Of a DNA stretch of 64,000 bases, positions 30,075 through 40,697 are shown in pieces (position 1 is the stretch's first letter; the number at the start of each line of letters is the position of its first letter). The stretch is taken from the NCBI GenBank assembly GCA_964537975.1, contig CAZIDP010000020.1, forward strand, positions 783-64,782, given 5' to 3'. The DNA is from an uncultured Nitrospirales bacterium (GTDB lineage Bacteria > Hydrogenedentota > Hydrogenedentia > Hydrogenedentales > SCBR16-9). The position numbers and the translations under genes were made by a program. The notes below the pieces were generated by a model, which saw only the letters and a list, made by a program, of their open reading frames with translations, ran no database searches and was not told the DNA's origin.

Positions 30075-30844
30075 TTCGGACTACGCAAATCAATCCCCTC
30101 ATTTTTTAGCATTCTAACACACTCCACGTATTTGGCGCAGGAAGAACGGTTTAATTCAAAACGTTGAATCAAACGTCGCACCCATTGAGGTAACGCATTG
30201 TTGAACTTGATTTCAAACATGACATCAAAGGCATCGACATCTTTATATCGTCTAGGGTTATAATTCCAGATATCTTCTGAATAAGCTGCAACGGGATAAG
30301 TAGAAAGACAACGGTCCAAAGAAATGCGTACTGGTTCTTCCAAGGCACTCATATAGGCTTCACGCATATAGCGAACCATACAGCGCGGAATTGCACCTAT
30401 CGATTCCTGATATGTTCGGAAATTATACAATTTTTGCAATTCACCGGGGGCATTACTCAGTAAAGCTGCTTCACAATACCCTTCTCTGCACAGTATGCGA
30501 GGCAAGTATGATCTTTTAATACCTACCCGTTCTTTCTTTATGACCTTATCAATGCGGCGTTTTAGTTCCAGGAAAACAGGTACATCGGGCCCTTCGCCAT
30601 AACTACGCACCCGTAACTTGAATCGGTTCTTCTCGCCAAATTCCGAGCTTTCAGACAAAATTAAATCCGGGCTATCGAGATAGAGACTCAATATGGGATA
30701 GGAACACCCTGTTCGGACATGGGGATCAGAGGAAACATAGGGCATCATGGTTGTTACCAAAGCCTGTGCTTCCAATTCATGAAGATAGTATTTGGCCTCA
30801 ATGCGTTGAAAAACTTCTCCACGATTTGCGGCACCAAAAAGCAT
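30056..30844 (-). CDS. VTC-domain (polyphosphate polymerase-like, CYTH/TTM fold) protein
   Basis: RIEAKYY (ExK), SLYLDSPDL, RFKLRVRSYG, FLELKRR, YMREAY, RISLDR, FEIKF, SCAKY. Confidence 0.88.
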   Translation of the reverse strand: MLFGAANRGEVFQRIEAKYYLHELEAQALVTTMMPYVSSDPHVRTGCSYPILSLYLDSPDLILSESSEFGEKNRFKLRVRSYGEGPDVPVFLELKRRIDKVIKKERVGIKRSYLPRILCREGYCEAALLSNAPGELQKLYNFRTYQESIGAIPRCMVRYMREAYMSALEEPVRISLDRCLSTYPVAAYSEDIWNYNPRRYKDVDAFDVMFEIKFNNALPQWVRRLIQRFELNRSSCAKYVECVRMLKNEGIDLRSPKWISTL

Positions 30845-30905
30845 GGGCTACTGCTCCCTCAAGTTCTGGCATGGGAATAAAAACAGGGGTTTCGAACGAA
30901 AATCC

Positions 30906-30960
30906 TAACATTATAATAACAAAAAATCCAAACTGTTAAAATCTTAACCTAATTATAACG
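30906..30960 (-). promoter_or_regulatory. Two pairs of 11-bp-period direct repeats (PhoB/OmpR-like boxes) upstream of the VTC operon
   Basis: Minus strand CGTTA-N6-GGTTA (30960-30945) and TGTTA-N6-TGTTA (30921-30906); the AT-rich context lowers significance. Confidence 0.35.
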
Positions 30961-31187
30961 TAAACAGATATTATTTGTTTGATTATTTAATACAAATTTC
31001 AATTATTCTGGAGAACAATATCATCATTTACACGCAAAATTACTTTTTTCTTAAATCTGATATCGGGTATGCTTATGTTGTATGAAAATTAAAGATTAAT
31101 GGGGGAATTGAAGATTCTATTCTACAGCTTCAAATCACTCAATACTAATATTAATGTTATTATTACACCTACCCAGGAGAATATATT

Positions 31188-32321
31188 GTGAAAGACAATA
31201 TAACCATTGCGACCTACTATTTTCCCAACTACCACCCCGACCTGCGAAATGCCAAACAGCACGGCACAGGATGGACAGAATGGGAACTGGTCAAACGAGC
31301 AGAACCACGATATCCGGGACACAACCAACCACGTGTGCCAACTTGGGGGTATACTGATGAATCTGACCCAAAAATTATGGAGATGAAAATCAATACTGCC
31401 GCGGATCACGGCATTGATGTCTTTATTTACGACTGGTATTGGTACAACGACGGCCCTTTCCTGGAACGTGGTTTGGAAGAAGGATTTATGAAAGCACCCA
31501 ATTCCGAGCGCATGCAATTCGGTATTATGTGGGCGAATCATGACTGGATAAATATACATCCAGCAAAACTATATACGACACCACAAGTTTTGTACCCGGG
31601 CTCCATCACGCCAGAAACTTTCGATGTGATGACTGATCACATCATCAATCACTATTTTTCACACCCCAGTTATTGGAAAATTGCAGGTTGCCCCTATTTT
31701 TCGGTGTATGAACTGTTTCGCATGGTAGAAGGGTTTGGTGGGCTTGAAAAGACCAGAGTCGCTTTGGAAATTTTCAGAGAGAAGACCAAGGCGGCTGGCT
31801 TCCCTGATCTTCATTTGAATGGTGTCACTTGGGGTATACAATTGTTACCGGGTGAGCAGGCCGTTTCCAATCCGGCAGAATTGGTGTCCTATCTCAATTT
31901 TCAAAGTGTAACCTCTTATGTGTGGATACACCAGATAGCATTAGACCAATTTCCAGAAACACCCTATAACGAAGTCATGGAAAAAGCCCGTGAAGTCTGG
32001 CAAAAAGGATGTACCGAGTTTCCAGTACCCTATCATCCCAATGTCACCGTAGGCTGGGATGCCTCTCCCCGAACCGTACAATCGGATGAGTATCTTAATG
32101 CTGGATATCCCTTTATGCCATCTCTCGGGAACAATACCCCCGAGAACTTTAAAAAGGCACTTGACTCCGTTCGATCCTTTATTCTGGATCGTCCGGAAGA
32201 AGAACGTATTTTCAGCATCAATGCCTGGAATGAATGGACCGAAGGAAGCTATCTTGAACCAGATACCGTGAATGGATATGCCTATCTGGAGGCTATTCGC
32301 GATACTTTCACAAGAAAATAG
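31188..32321 (+). CDS. GH99-like / WbsX-family glycoside hydrolase
   Basis: YYFPNYH, WTEWELVK, PTWGYTDE, YDWYWY, IMWANHDW, GWDASPR, INAWNEWTEGSYLEPD. Confidence 0.88.
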   Translation: MKDNITIATYYFPNYHPDLRNAKQHGTGWTEWELVKRAEPRYPGHNQPRVPTWGYTDESDPKIMEMKINTAADHGIDVFIYDWYWYNDGPFLERGLEEGFMKAPNSERMQFGIMWANHDWINIHPAKLYTTPQVLYPGSITPETFDVMTDHIINHYFSHPSYWKIAGCPYFSVYELFRMVEGFGGLEKTRVALEIFREKTKAAGFPDLHLNGVTWGIQLLPGEQAVSNPAELVSYLNFQSVTSYVWIHQIALDQFPETPYNEVMEKAREVWQKGCTEFPVPYHPNVTVGWDASPRTVQSDEYLNAGYPFMPSLGNNTPENFKKALDSVRSFILDRPEEERIFSINAWNEWTEGSYLEPDTVNGYAYLEAIRDTFTRK

Positions 32322-32383
32322 TAGAACTGATTTTCACTTAAAGGTGATTTCGGTTTTATTAAAAAAAGGAAGGAGTTGCACGA

Positions 32384-34012
32384 ATGATTCTGGGCATTTC
32401 AGGGTGTTTGATATACTTCATGAGTGCCATGAGTGCTTCTGCGCCATTACAATGTGTGCAATATTGCATTCTGGAATTTGAGCTGGAAGCTGACACGGTT
32501 ATTGAATCACCACTCGACGTAGAACTAACAGGGATGTTTTCTGCTACTGGAGACATCACGGTACAAATTGCCGGATTCTGGGACGGGGGTAGAAGCTGGA
32601 AATTACGTTTTAAACCGTTGGTGGCTGGCGAATGGCATTATACAATCCAGGCTTCACATCCATCCTTGCATGAAAAATCGGGAACCATCCAGGTTGCACA
32701 GGCCCAGGGTAGCTCTCTACTGGAAAAGCATGGAGGTATCCTCCAGGTATCTGAAAATAGAAGACACCTCACCTATAGTGATGGTACTCCCTTCTTTTGG
32801 CTGGGTGATACCTGGTGGTTTGCTCCCAGTGAGTATGTGCCTTTGGAAGGCTCAACCCATCCGGACATTGAGTCTGCATTCAAGCACATGACCGCACGCA
32901 GGAAAGCACAGGGCTATTCCATCATACACATGGCATTTCTCGGCCCAAACAGCCACGGCGTGAACAGCTTTCAGGGAGGAGAGATTGATCCGAAATATTG
33001 GCAGATCATCGATCAGTATATGGATTATACCAATGCGGAAGGACTGATACCGGTGGTGGGGTTGGCGTTTCACTCCGGACTGGATTGGCTGAACCTCGAA
33101 CAATGGAAGCAAATTTGGCGTTATTTCATTGCCCGATATGGCGCCCATGATGTCTCCTGGCTGGTTTGTGGTGAGTACAATCAACACAATGTACCAGAAC
33201 GCGTTGAAAAGGCAATGGCATTGGGTGCATTCATCAAAAAAACAGACCCCTATCAGCGGGCAATGACTATACATCCCTGGTGGTATCGTGGTGAAGAACG
33301 GCAGGCTTGGGATGCGCCCTGGTACGATTTTGTCATGTTGCAAGGCGCGCATGAGGCTGATGTTCCAGCGGCAAACCTGTATTGGGATGTCTGGTTCGGT
33401 AAAGACACTGGTGAGAAGCATCCGATACCTGTTCTTGAAGGAGAAGCACGGTATGAGGGTATTCGAAATATTAACGAGAACGATGTCCGGGCAACTGCCT
33501 ACAGGGCAATTCAGGCTGGGTCCTTCGGCTTTACCTATGGCAGCCATGGTTTATGGTATCCGACGCAAGATGAAAATGACGAAACATTTAAGGAGTGGGG
33601 TGATCCCATACCTTGGTGGGAAGCACTCGAACGTCCCGGTGGAGCGCAAATGAAACACTTGCGTTCTTATTATGAGATGTTGCCCTGGTGGAATCTGGAG
33701 CCTTTGCCGAATGGGATTCAAACAGTAAATGAGCAAACGACATTCACCGAAAACCAGCGCGTATTGGTAAAGGCGCATGTGCCTGAAGTTTATTCAATAT
33801 ATTTCCCGGCCCATCACGACACCGGTATTGAATTGTACTTAGCGGAGATACCGAGCGAAAGCTCTTATCAAGGACATTGGTATAATCCGCGAACAGGTGA
33901 GAAAACATCCTTGCCGGAAACACTAAGTACACACAACAACACATTATCGTTGCCAGCACCTCCTGACACCCAGGATTGGTTGCTGGCATTATTTATCGAA
34001 GTTAAAAAATGA
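32384..34012 (+). CDS. DUF5060/DUF4038 (apiosidase-like) protein with C-terminal collagen-binding-like domain
   Basis: GFWDGGRSWKLRF, DGTPFFWLGDTWW, YFIARYGA, TIHP, EGEARYEG, GFTYGSHG, WYNPRTGE, DWLL. Confidence 0.8.
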   Translation: MILGISGCLIYFMSAMSASAPLQCVQYCILEFELEADTVIESPLDVELTGMFSATGDITVQIAGFWDGGRSWKLRFKPLVAGEWHYTIQASHPSLHEKSGTIQVAQAQGSSLLEKHGGILQVSENRRHLTYSDGTPFFWLGDTWWFAPSEYVPLEGSTHPDIESAFKHMTARRKAQGYSIIHMAFLGPNSHGVNSFQGGEIDPKYWQIIDQYMDYTNAEGLIPVVGLAFHSGLDWLNLEQWKQIWRYFIARYGAHDVSWLVCGEYNQHNVPERVEKAMALGAFIKKTDPYQRAMTIHPWWYRGEERQAWDAPWYDFVMLQGAHEADVPAANLYWDVWFGKDTGEKHPIPVLEGEARYEGIRNINENDVRATAYRAIQAGSFGFTYGSHGLWYPTQDENDETFKEWGDPIPWWEALERPGGAQMKHLRSYYEMLPWWNLEPLPNGIQTVNEQTTFTENQRVLVKAHVPEVYSIYFPAHHDTGIELYLAEIPSESSYQGHWYNPRTGEKTSLPETLSTHNNTLSLPAPPDTQDWLLALFIEVKK

Positions 34013-34076
34013 CATAGCCGCTGCAATCTATTTCCACTGATTATTTTGCGTGCGTTTAACAGGGAAGAACAAGAAC

Positions 34077-37000
34077 ATGAATTTACATCTGTGTAAAAAA
34101 ATATTAAAAACCTGGTTGTGTTGTTGTTGCTTGATATTCCTGGCAGGCTGTAACAATGAAATGGTCCAAAATGATATTGCATCATCACTTGCTCATGACT
34201 ACTCACATGACCGTGAAAATATCGACGCTATGCGCTGGTTTACCGCCTATGACTTTGCGGACCGCATTCAGGACGCTGATCGCATCAATGCACGGCACGC
34301 AGTCGCGCAAACAAACTCTGCGAACAATACACCTCGCAGTGCCATTTTCCAACACCCCGACCTGCCAGATGAGCCGATTTCAACACTTCAGTTTCAACAG
34401 ATTGAATTACCTGTTCCGGAACATGGTGAACACCTGTTGTTTCATGGCTATATCGCAATCAGTGATCACATTAACCTGGCTGAAATGCAACCATTTGACG
34501 GTTGCCGATTCATTATCACCTTAAATGAGGAAATCATTTTCGATGAGGTGCATACAGATCAAGTCTGGCGTGAGTGGTATTTTGAACTGGATGACTACGC
34601 TGGACAAGCCATTGACATCCGTTTTGCTGTTGACCCCCGAGAGAACAATGTAGCGGATTGGGCATTATGGGGTAGACCGCGTATATTGATTGAAGGAAGG
34701 GAGGCCTCAATGCGTTCTGGGCCGCAAATCGAGCTGTTAAAAACAGATAATCTGATGACCACTCCCATGCAAGAACGGGTTCTGGAACAACACCTGATGC
34801 CGTATGGCAGCCTGACCGTAGCGTTGATGGATCGTCATCTGGACATGCCTGCCTTGTTGCGTGATTCAGCAGATGCGGCAGGCCCAGCACCGGTTCCCCT
34901 GCCACCACGGCTGGTTGTTGGAGAAGGCCCCTCACCTCAAAATCACACGCTTATTCGTGTATTGAATCACCACCATATCGCCGAGTATCAATTTCTGGCT
35001 TACTCACCAGAGGTGCGTGGTGGTGTTCAGGTACATGCAATTTCATTACCAAATAGAGTGCAGGGAATATTAGCAGCACCACTTCTGGATGCTGACACCC
35101 GGGAAATACGCATCTTTGATACCAAGGGTATCCCAATTCGCCATTTTACACCAGAAGATATGGTGTTGCCTCCGTATGAAATCGTGGTGGGTCAATTCCT
35201 GGATGATGTATCTGAAGACATCATTGTGCTGGCCTCCCGGCATGTGCCACCAAATGCAGTCCATACGCAACTTCACTTTTACACCTCAGAGGGTGTGTTG
35301 CTCAAGACTGAAGCGGTAAACATTCCCGAACCAACACCTACATCCACACAGTTGCGCCTTGGAAAAAGCTCAGGTGAAGTAAATGATACCTACCAAGTAC
35401 AATTTCTATCGGACCTCCCATCCGTTCCAAGTCTGGAGGACCCGTATTATGTTGGAGAACGCTGGCATGACAACGCTTTCGATAAAGTTTCTCCTTGGGT
35501 AACCAAAGAAGACGAGGCTCGTTCCCTGGTGACAGTCTGGAGCTCGGCACCATCTGGTAATGATTCCATACTGGATTTGGGGGCACGTGAAAATCGTTTT
35601 TATTATCAGTACCATCATTGGGAGCAGCATCCGGAAGAGATTCCTGAAGATGGTGAACACATCAAGTATTCCTTGTTTGCACATATCCGTACGGATATTT
35701 CGTCGCCGGGCTGGAGTACCGCAGGATTGGAACGTGATGTGGATGAAAGCACGACCTGGGTTAATGATGATTTCCTGGCTGCTGCCAGGGAGCGCGTTGG
35801 CCGATACCACGCAGACCCGCCAACGTTCTGGGAACTGTGTTTTACCCATCGGCAAGGCTACGGCGGGTTTGATCCCTGGGCTGCATATGTAGACCCTGAA
35901 ACCGGTATGCACCGATATAGCATGTTGACCAGGAATAACAATCCGGCAACTTACCATGAATTTGATTTCTCCCATTTTCATGCAAGTACCTACGCTTTTG
36001 AAATTCCAGAACTGGAAAATCTTTATATATTGCCACTTCGTGCGTATTTAAGGGAGCTGGCGAATGTTTTTAAAGAAAACCCCGAGCACATCGTCGTGGT
36101 GGAACCCAATCATGAGCATGAAATTGCCGTGGACGCGGAAGGTACCAACGGCGACTACAATCCAAGAATGATCAGCGGATTTTTTGATTACCTTCGGCAC
36201 CAATATGGTCTAGAAGCAGATCAATTAGCAGAAAGACTGGGATATACATCGGGTGATTTTTTTGACGCACCTCGAAACTGGGAGCGTGGTGATTGGGATG
36301 CATACAATGAACAGAACCTGTTTTACAATGAATGGATAGCCTATCAGCGGTATGTTGTCAATCGTCGTCTGGCACAGACATTTCGTGAGGCACTATTGGC
36401 AGGCTTCCCGCCTGAGTTGATCAAGTCACACCAGATTCCTGACACCTATGCGATAGGGAATCTGGATGCATTCAGCACGGTCATCTCGCGATATACACCG
36501 ATTGACTATGCCAAAAATGTCGGCGTTGGATATGGATTCACCCGTTATTCTGTCTGGTATGAAGACCGCCACAACGTCATGCAGGGTGCACATTCCTCAG
36601 GATTTGATCAGGTTGTGCTGGGTGAATACCAGGCCCTACATCCCGATAATGATGTAGCCTACAACCAGTTACGGTATATTTTTGATCATGGTGGATACGC
36701 TGTACATTGCATGACCTGGCCAGAGAGTTATGACAATGGATTCAATGCGTCTATGGAACATGCACTTCGGCGTTTGGTGGTGGAGGACCCCAGAAATCCC
36801 AATCAGACCGGTGGTGTTGGCCAAATCAAGCCTTTTATATCTGATACAGACCGTTACAACATCGCCCAGATAGGAACCGGACATCATCACACGGGATTGT
36901 TGAAGAGCTTAAATGCTGACGGCACCTGGGAAGGTTCTGTATACGTGGTTCCGTTTCATGCCCACGTTGCCATCTCAACCATTGCAATGCATGAAACCGA

Positions 37001-37379
37001 TCCGAATGCTTATATGAGTGACGTACTGCCAACACTGGATTCTGGCTGCCAACTGGATATTCAGTTTATTGCCGGTGCTGGAGCAGGCGCTTCAGCCTTT
37101 CTGGAAATCCTGCGGGAAGGCGTTGTCCTGCCAGGATTAAGTATGGTAATCCCCTTACCGGTGGAGCAACAACATCATCGCGTGTATTTTCGTACACAAG
37201 TCCCAGTCGATGACATTACGGTTCGATTGCGTTTTGATGGTGACCAGATTGATTTTGATGACACCAGTTTTGAAGTATATTTACAGGAGGAGCAGACTGT
37301 AAAACTGGCACTGAATCGACTGGAAGGCATTCGTCATCAGGGAGGTGTTACCTTTGATATCTTGCCGGAAACAGAATAA
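34077..37379 (+). CDS. Large putative lipoprotein with a probable clan-A-like glycoside hydrolase domain
   Basis: Lipobox LAGC; beta-sandwich (DWALWGRPRI); FG-GAP/VCBS-like FLAYSPEVRGGVQV; TIM-barrel-like region with EPNHEHE and LGEY. Confidence 0.7.
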   Translation: MNLHLCKKILKTWLCCCCLIFLAGCNNEMVQNDIASSLAHDYSHDRENIDAMRWFTAYDFADRIQDADRINARHAVAQTNSANNTPRSAIFQHPDLPDEPISTLQFQQIELPVPEHGEHLLFHGYIAISDHINLAEMQPFDGCRFIITLNEEIIFDEVHTDQVWREWYFELDDYAGQAIDIRFAVDPRENNVADWALWGRPRILIEGREASMRSGPQIELLKTDNLMTTPMQERVLEQHLMPYGSLTVALMDRHLDMPALLRDSADAAGPAPVPLPPRLVVGEGPSPQNHTLIRVLNHHHIAEYQFLAYSPEVRGGVQVHAISLPNRVQGILAAPLLDADTREIRIFDTKGIPIRHFTPEDMVLPPYEIVVGQFLDDVSEDIIVLASRHVPPNAVHTQLHFYTSEGVLLKTEAVNIPEPTPTSTQLRLGKSSGEVNDTYQVQFLSDLPSVPSLEDPYYVGERWHDNAFDKVSPWVTKEDEARSLVTVWSSAPSGNDSILDLGARENRFYYQYHHWEQHPEEIPEDGEHIKYSLFAHIRTDISSPGWSTAGLERDVDESTTWVNDDFLAAARERVGRYHADPPTFWELCFTHRQGYGGFDPWAAYVDPETGMHRYSMLTRNNNPATYHEFDFSHFHASTYAFEIPELENLYILPLRAYLRELANVFKENPEHIVVVEPNHEHEIAVDAEGTNGDYNPRMISGFFDYLRHQYGLEADQLAERLGYTSGDFFDAPRNWERGDWDAYNEQNLFYNEWIAYQRYVVNRRLAQTFREALLAGFPPELIKSHQIPDTYAIGNLDAFSTVISRYTPIDYAKNVGVGYGFTRYSVWYEDRHNVMQGAHSSGFDQVVLGEYQALHPDNDVAYNQLRYIFDHGGYAVHCMTWPESYDNGFNASMEHALRRLVVEDPRNPNQTGGVGQIKPFISDTDRYNIAQIGTGHHHTGLLKSLNADGTWEGSVYVVPFHAHVAISTIAMHETDPNAYMSDVLPTLDSGCQLDIQFIAGAGAGASAFLEILREGVVLPGLSMVIPLPVEQQHHRVYFRTQVPVDDITVRLRFDGDQIDFDDTSFEVYLQEEQTVKLALNRLEGIRHQGGVTFDILPETE

Positions 37380-37635
37380 AACAATTTAAATTAATCATGA
37401 GTCCAGCAACTGGAAATAAGTTGGATTGTATTTGCCGTTAAATACATCAATGGATAAGAAGTCATTTTAAGCTGTTTGAGTTTGTCAAAAACGAATTATT
37501 GCAATTTTTATCCATTCTCCATATAAATTACTTAAACTTTGTATGGATTATCGTGTATCATTAATACAAGAGGAATTCCGGCATGTACATTAACCTACAA
37601 CCACGGATATATCTGAATATCCCCTGAAAAAGGCA

Positions 37636-40557
37636 ATGGAAAACGAATTAACATCGAATCCGCTCAGTCTGGCATTTGTCGAGTCACTCTACGAAAGTTA
37701 TCTTCAAAACCCCGGTAATGTTGATGAAGCATGGCAGAAGTATTTTGCGTCACAACTCCTGGACAGTCCCCCAACAAGGGAAGAAGCCTCCAGTGCATTT
37801 CGATTGGGGCCATCGTTCAAGCCCAGACCGCTCTTTGGTACTGGTGGCAATGGGTATCATGTAAATGGCAATGGAACCACGTTAGCCATGGAACCCGGTG
37901 CAGAAGCAGCATCACTACAACACAAAGTAGATCTGCTGATACGCAATTACCGGGTACGGGGACATCGGCGTGCCAGAATTGATCCGCTTGGACGTAAAAA
38001 GCTGGTGATGCGCGAATTGACTCCCGAGTATTATGGTCTTACCGACGCCCACATGGACTTGCCTTTTGCTACTGAATTTCTTGCTGGAGGTGGCACACCT
38101 GCATTGAAAGAAATAATACATAGCGCGCAACAAACGTATTGCCGCTATATCGGCTGTCAATTCATGCATATCGACAGCATAGCTGTGCGTGAATGGTTGC
38201 AGAGCCGTATGGAGCGATCTGAGAACAGACTCAAGCTTACACGCAAAGAGCAAATTCGGATACTCACTCGTCTGACCGATGCCGTCATGCTGGAAGAATT
38301 TATACAGAAAAAATTTGTCGGTGCCAAGAGTTTTTCACTGGAAGGAGCCGAGACTTTAATTCCCCTGCTGGACTTCGCCATAGAACGTGCCGGAGAGCAT
38401 GGCGTCGAAGAAGTGATTATTGGTATGCCGCATCGTGGTCGTCTTAATGTCTTGGCCAATATAATGGGCAAGAACCCACGCGACATCTTCCAGGAATTTC
38501 AAGACAATGTGCCAGAATTGAATGTGGGAAGAGGTGATGTTAAGTATCACTTGGGTTATCATTCCAATTGGATTACGGAAACAGGCAAAAAAGTACATCT
38601 GGCCTTAACATTCAATCCGAGTCATCTGGAGTATGTAAACAGTGTGGCGCTGGGACGTATGCGCGCTAAAAATGACCGTGATGAGGATCCCCGTGGTGAC
38701 AAGGGACTGGTATTGCTCATTCATGGTGATGCAGCATTTGCCGGGGAAGGTATCGTTCAAGAGACGCTTAATTTGAGTCAGTTGGAAGCTTACAGTACCG
38801 GTGGTACCATCCATGTGATTGTAAACAATCAAATTGGATTTACGACAACGCCCAATCAAGCCCGTTCAACCACCTATGCTTCTGACGTTGCCCGTATGTT
38901 GCAAAGCCCCATTTTCCATGTTAACGGGGAAGACCCCGAGTCAGTTGCGCAAGTTGTTGGTCTGGCAATCGCGTTTCGCACAGAATATCGTCGTGATGTC
39001 GTCATAGATATGTACTGCTTTCGCCGCCGTGGCCACAATGAAGGCGATGAACCCAACTTTACCCAGCCCCTGATGTACCAGAAAATTGGAGAACGTGAAT
39101 CGGTACGCGAGACCTACCTGCGTCGTCTGTTGCGTTTGGGCGGTATCATGGAACAAGAGGCGGAACTGATCGAGGAAAAGCGCAGAAAGCACCTGGACGA
39201 TGAATTGAGTGCAGCCCGCAGCCAATCGCGACGTATAGAGTATAAGATAGATTCTGTGCCAAAAAGTAAGATGGCAGGTCCGGTAGAAGATGCGGAACGT
39301 CCACAGAATGTACTCCGTGGAATGTGGAGCTTGTATATAGGTGGACCAGAAATTTATGCGCCGGAGGTGGAGACCAAGGTAAGTTTAAAACGAATAAAGG
39401 CCTTGTTAAGCAAACTTACTCAGCTTCCTGAAGGGTATAAAGTACATCCAAAGCTACAGCGTGTTCTGGAGCAACGTCAAGCAATGGCGGAAGGTGAACG
39501 TCCATTGGACTGGGCAGCAGGCGAAGCACTTGCGCTTGCCTCACTTGCGACAGAAGGAGTCCGAATACGTCTTACTGGACAAGATTCCGAACGTGGAACC
39601 TTCAGCCATCGGCATTCTGTTCTGCATGATCAGGAAACAGGTGAGTTGTTCCGGCCATTTCAAAAATTGGATCCGGAACAGGCCCCGGTGGAAATACATA
39701 ACAGCCCCTTGTCCGAAGCAAGTGTACTGGGATTTGAATATGGTTACAGTGTTGGTTGTCCCGATGGCCTTATCCTGTGGGAAGCCCAGTTTGGCGACTT
39801 TGTAAATGTAGCCCAAGTCATTATCGATCAATTTATCTCTACAGCAGAAGACAAATGGCGCCGTTTAAGCGGGCTGACGATGTTACTGCCCCACGGACTT
39901 GAAGGAACAGGACCTGAGCATGCCAGTGCGAGGTTGGAACGATTCCTCCAATTGGCGGCTGAAGACAATATTCAAATTGCCTATCCGACAACGCCCGCAC
40001 AGATTTTTCATCTGCTCCGGCGGCAGGTATTACGGCCCTGGAGGAAACCGCTGGTGGTGATGTCACCCAAAAGCATGCTGCGCAATACTCGCGCCGTATC
40101 AGACCTGGAAGAGCTGTCAGAAGGCAAATTTCACCGAATAATTCCTGACAATGAAATTGATCCGGAATCAACCAAACGGATTATTCTTTGTACCGGAAAA
40201 ATTTATTATGATTTAATCCAGCGTCGTGAAGAGCTTGAACGGACCGATGTGGCTATCATACGGATTGAACAACTTTACCCGCTCGAAAATAAGTTGGTAA
40301 GTAGCGTATTGGCATCTTACACTGACGGGACACCGGTTTTTTGGGTACAAGAAGAACCCGAAAATATGGGCTCCTGGCGTTATATGTTGTCTAAATTCAG
40401 AGACCACATCGATCATCGATTGCCATTCTCGGGTATATACCGACCACCATCAGCCAGTCCTGCTACCGGATCGGCATCCAGCCATCGTCTGGAACATATC
40501 CAACTCATGGCAGAAGCATTTGGTCTGGCAGTGAGTGTACGCCGTCCTGTAGCCTGA
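37636..40557 (+). CDS. sucA: 2-oxoglutarate dehydrogenase E1
   Basis: YRVRGH, KSFSLEGAE, GMPHRGRLNVL, GDVKYHLG, HGDAAFAGEG, NSPLSE, WEAQFGDF, HASAR. Confidence 0.99.
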   Translation: MENELTSNPLSLAFVESLYESYLQNPGNVDEAWQKYFASQLLDSPPTREEASSAFRLGPSFKPRPLFGTGGNGYHVNGNGTTLAMEPGAEAASLQHKVDLLIRNYRVRGHRRARIDPLGRKKLVMRELTPEYYGLTDAHMDLPFATEFLAGGGTPALKEIIHSAQQTYCRYIGCQFMHIDSIAVREWLQSRMERSENRLKLTRKEQIRILTRLTDAVMLEEFIQKKFVGAKSFSLEGAETLIPLLDFAIERAGEHGVEEVIIGMPHRGRLNVLANIMGKNPRDIFQEFQDNVPELNVGRGDVKYHLGYHSNWITETGKKVHLALTFNPSHLEYVNSVALGRMRAKNDRDEDPRGDKGLVLLIHGDAAFAGEGIVQETLNLSQLEAYSTGGTIHVIVNNQIGFTTTPNQARSTTYASDVARMLQSPIFHVNGEDPESVAQVVGLAIAFRTEYRRDVVIDMYCFRRRGHNEGDEPNFTQPLMYQKIGERESVRETYLRRLLRLGGIMEQEAELIEEKRRKHLDDELSAARSQSRRIEYKIDSVPKSKMAGPVEDAERPQNVLRGMWSLYIGGPEIYAPEVETKVSLKRIKALLSKLTQLPEGYKVHPKLQRVLEQRQAMAEGERPLDWAAGEALALASLATEGVRIRLTGQDSERGTFSHRHSVLHDQETGELFRPFQKLDPEQAPVEIHNSPLSEASVLGFEYGYSVGCPDGLILWEAQFGDFVNVAQVIIDQFISTAEDKWRRLSGLTMLLPHGLEGTGPEHASARLERFLQLAAEDNIQIAYPTTPAQIFHLLRRQVLRPWRKPLVVMSPKSMLRNTRAVSDLEELSEGKFHRIIPDNEIDPESTKRIILCTGKIYYDLIQRREELERTDVAIIRIEQLYPLENKLVSSVLASYTDGTPVFWVQEEPENMGSWRYMLSKFRDHIDHRLPFSGIYRPPSASPATGSASSHRLEHIQLMAEAFGLAVSVRRPVA

Positions 40558-40697
40558 TCCAATATTATGATATGGTATTACGCGTTGATTTGGGAATCCT
40601 TGTTCTTATAGATAATTTCTGTCAGAATTAATATATAGTGCGTGTTTATTGTGTGCCTGCTACCTCTACCCTTGCATTAAAAGGAGCTGAAAAAACC

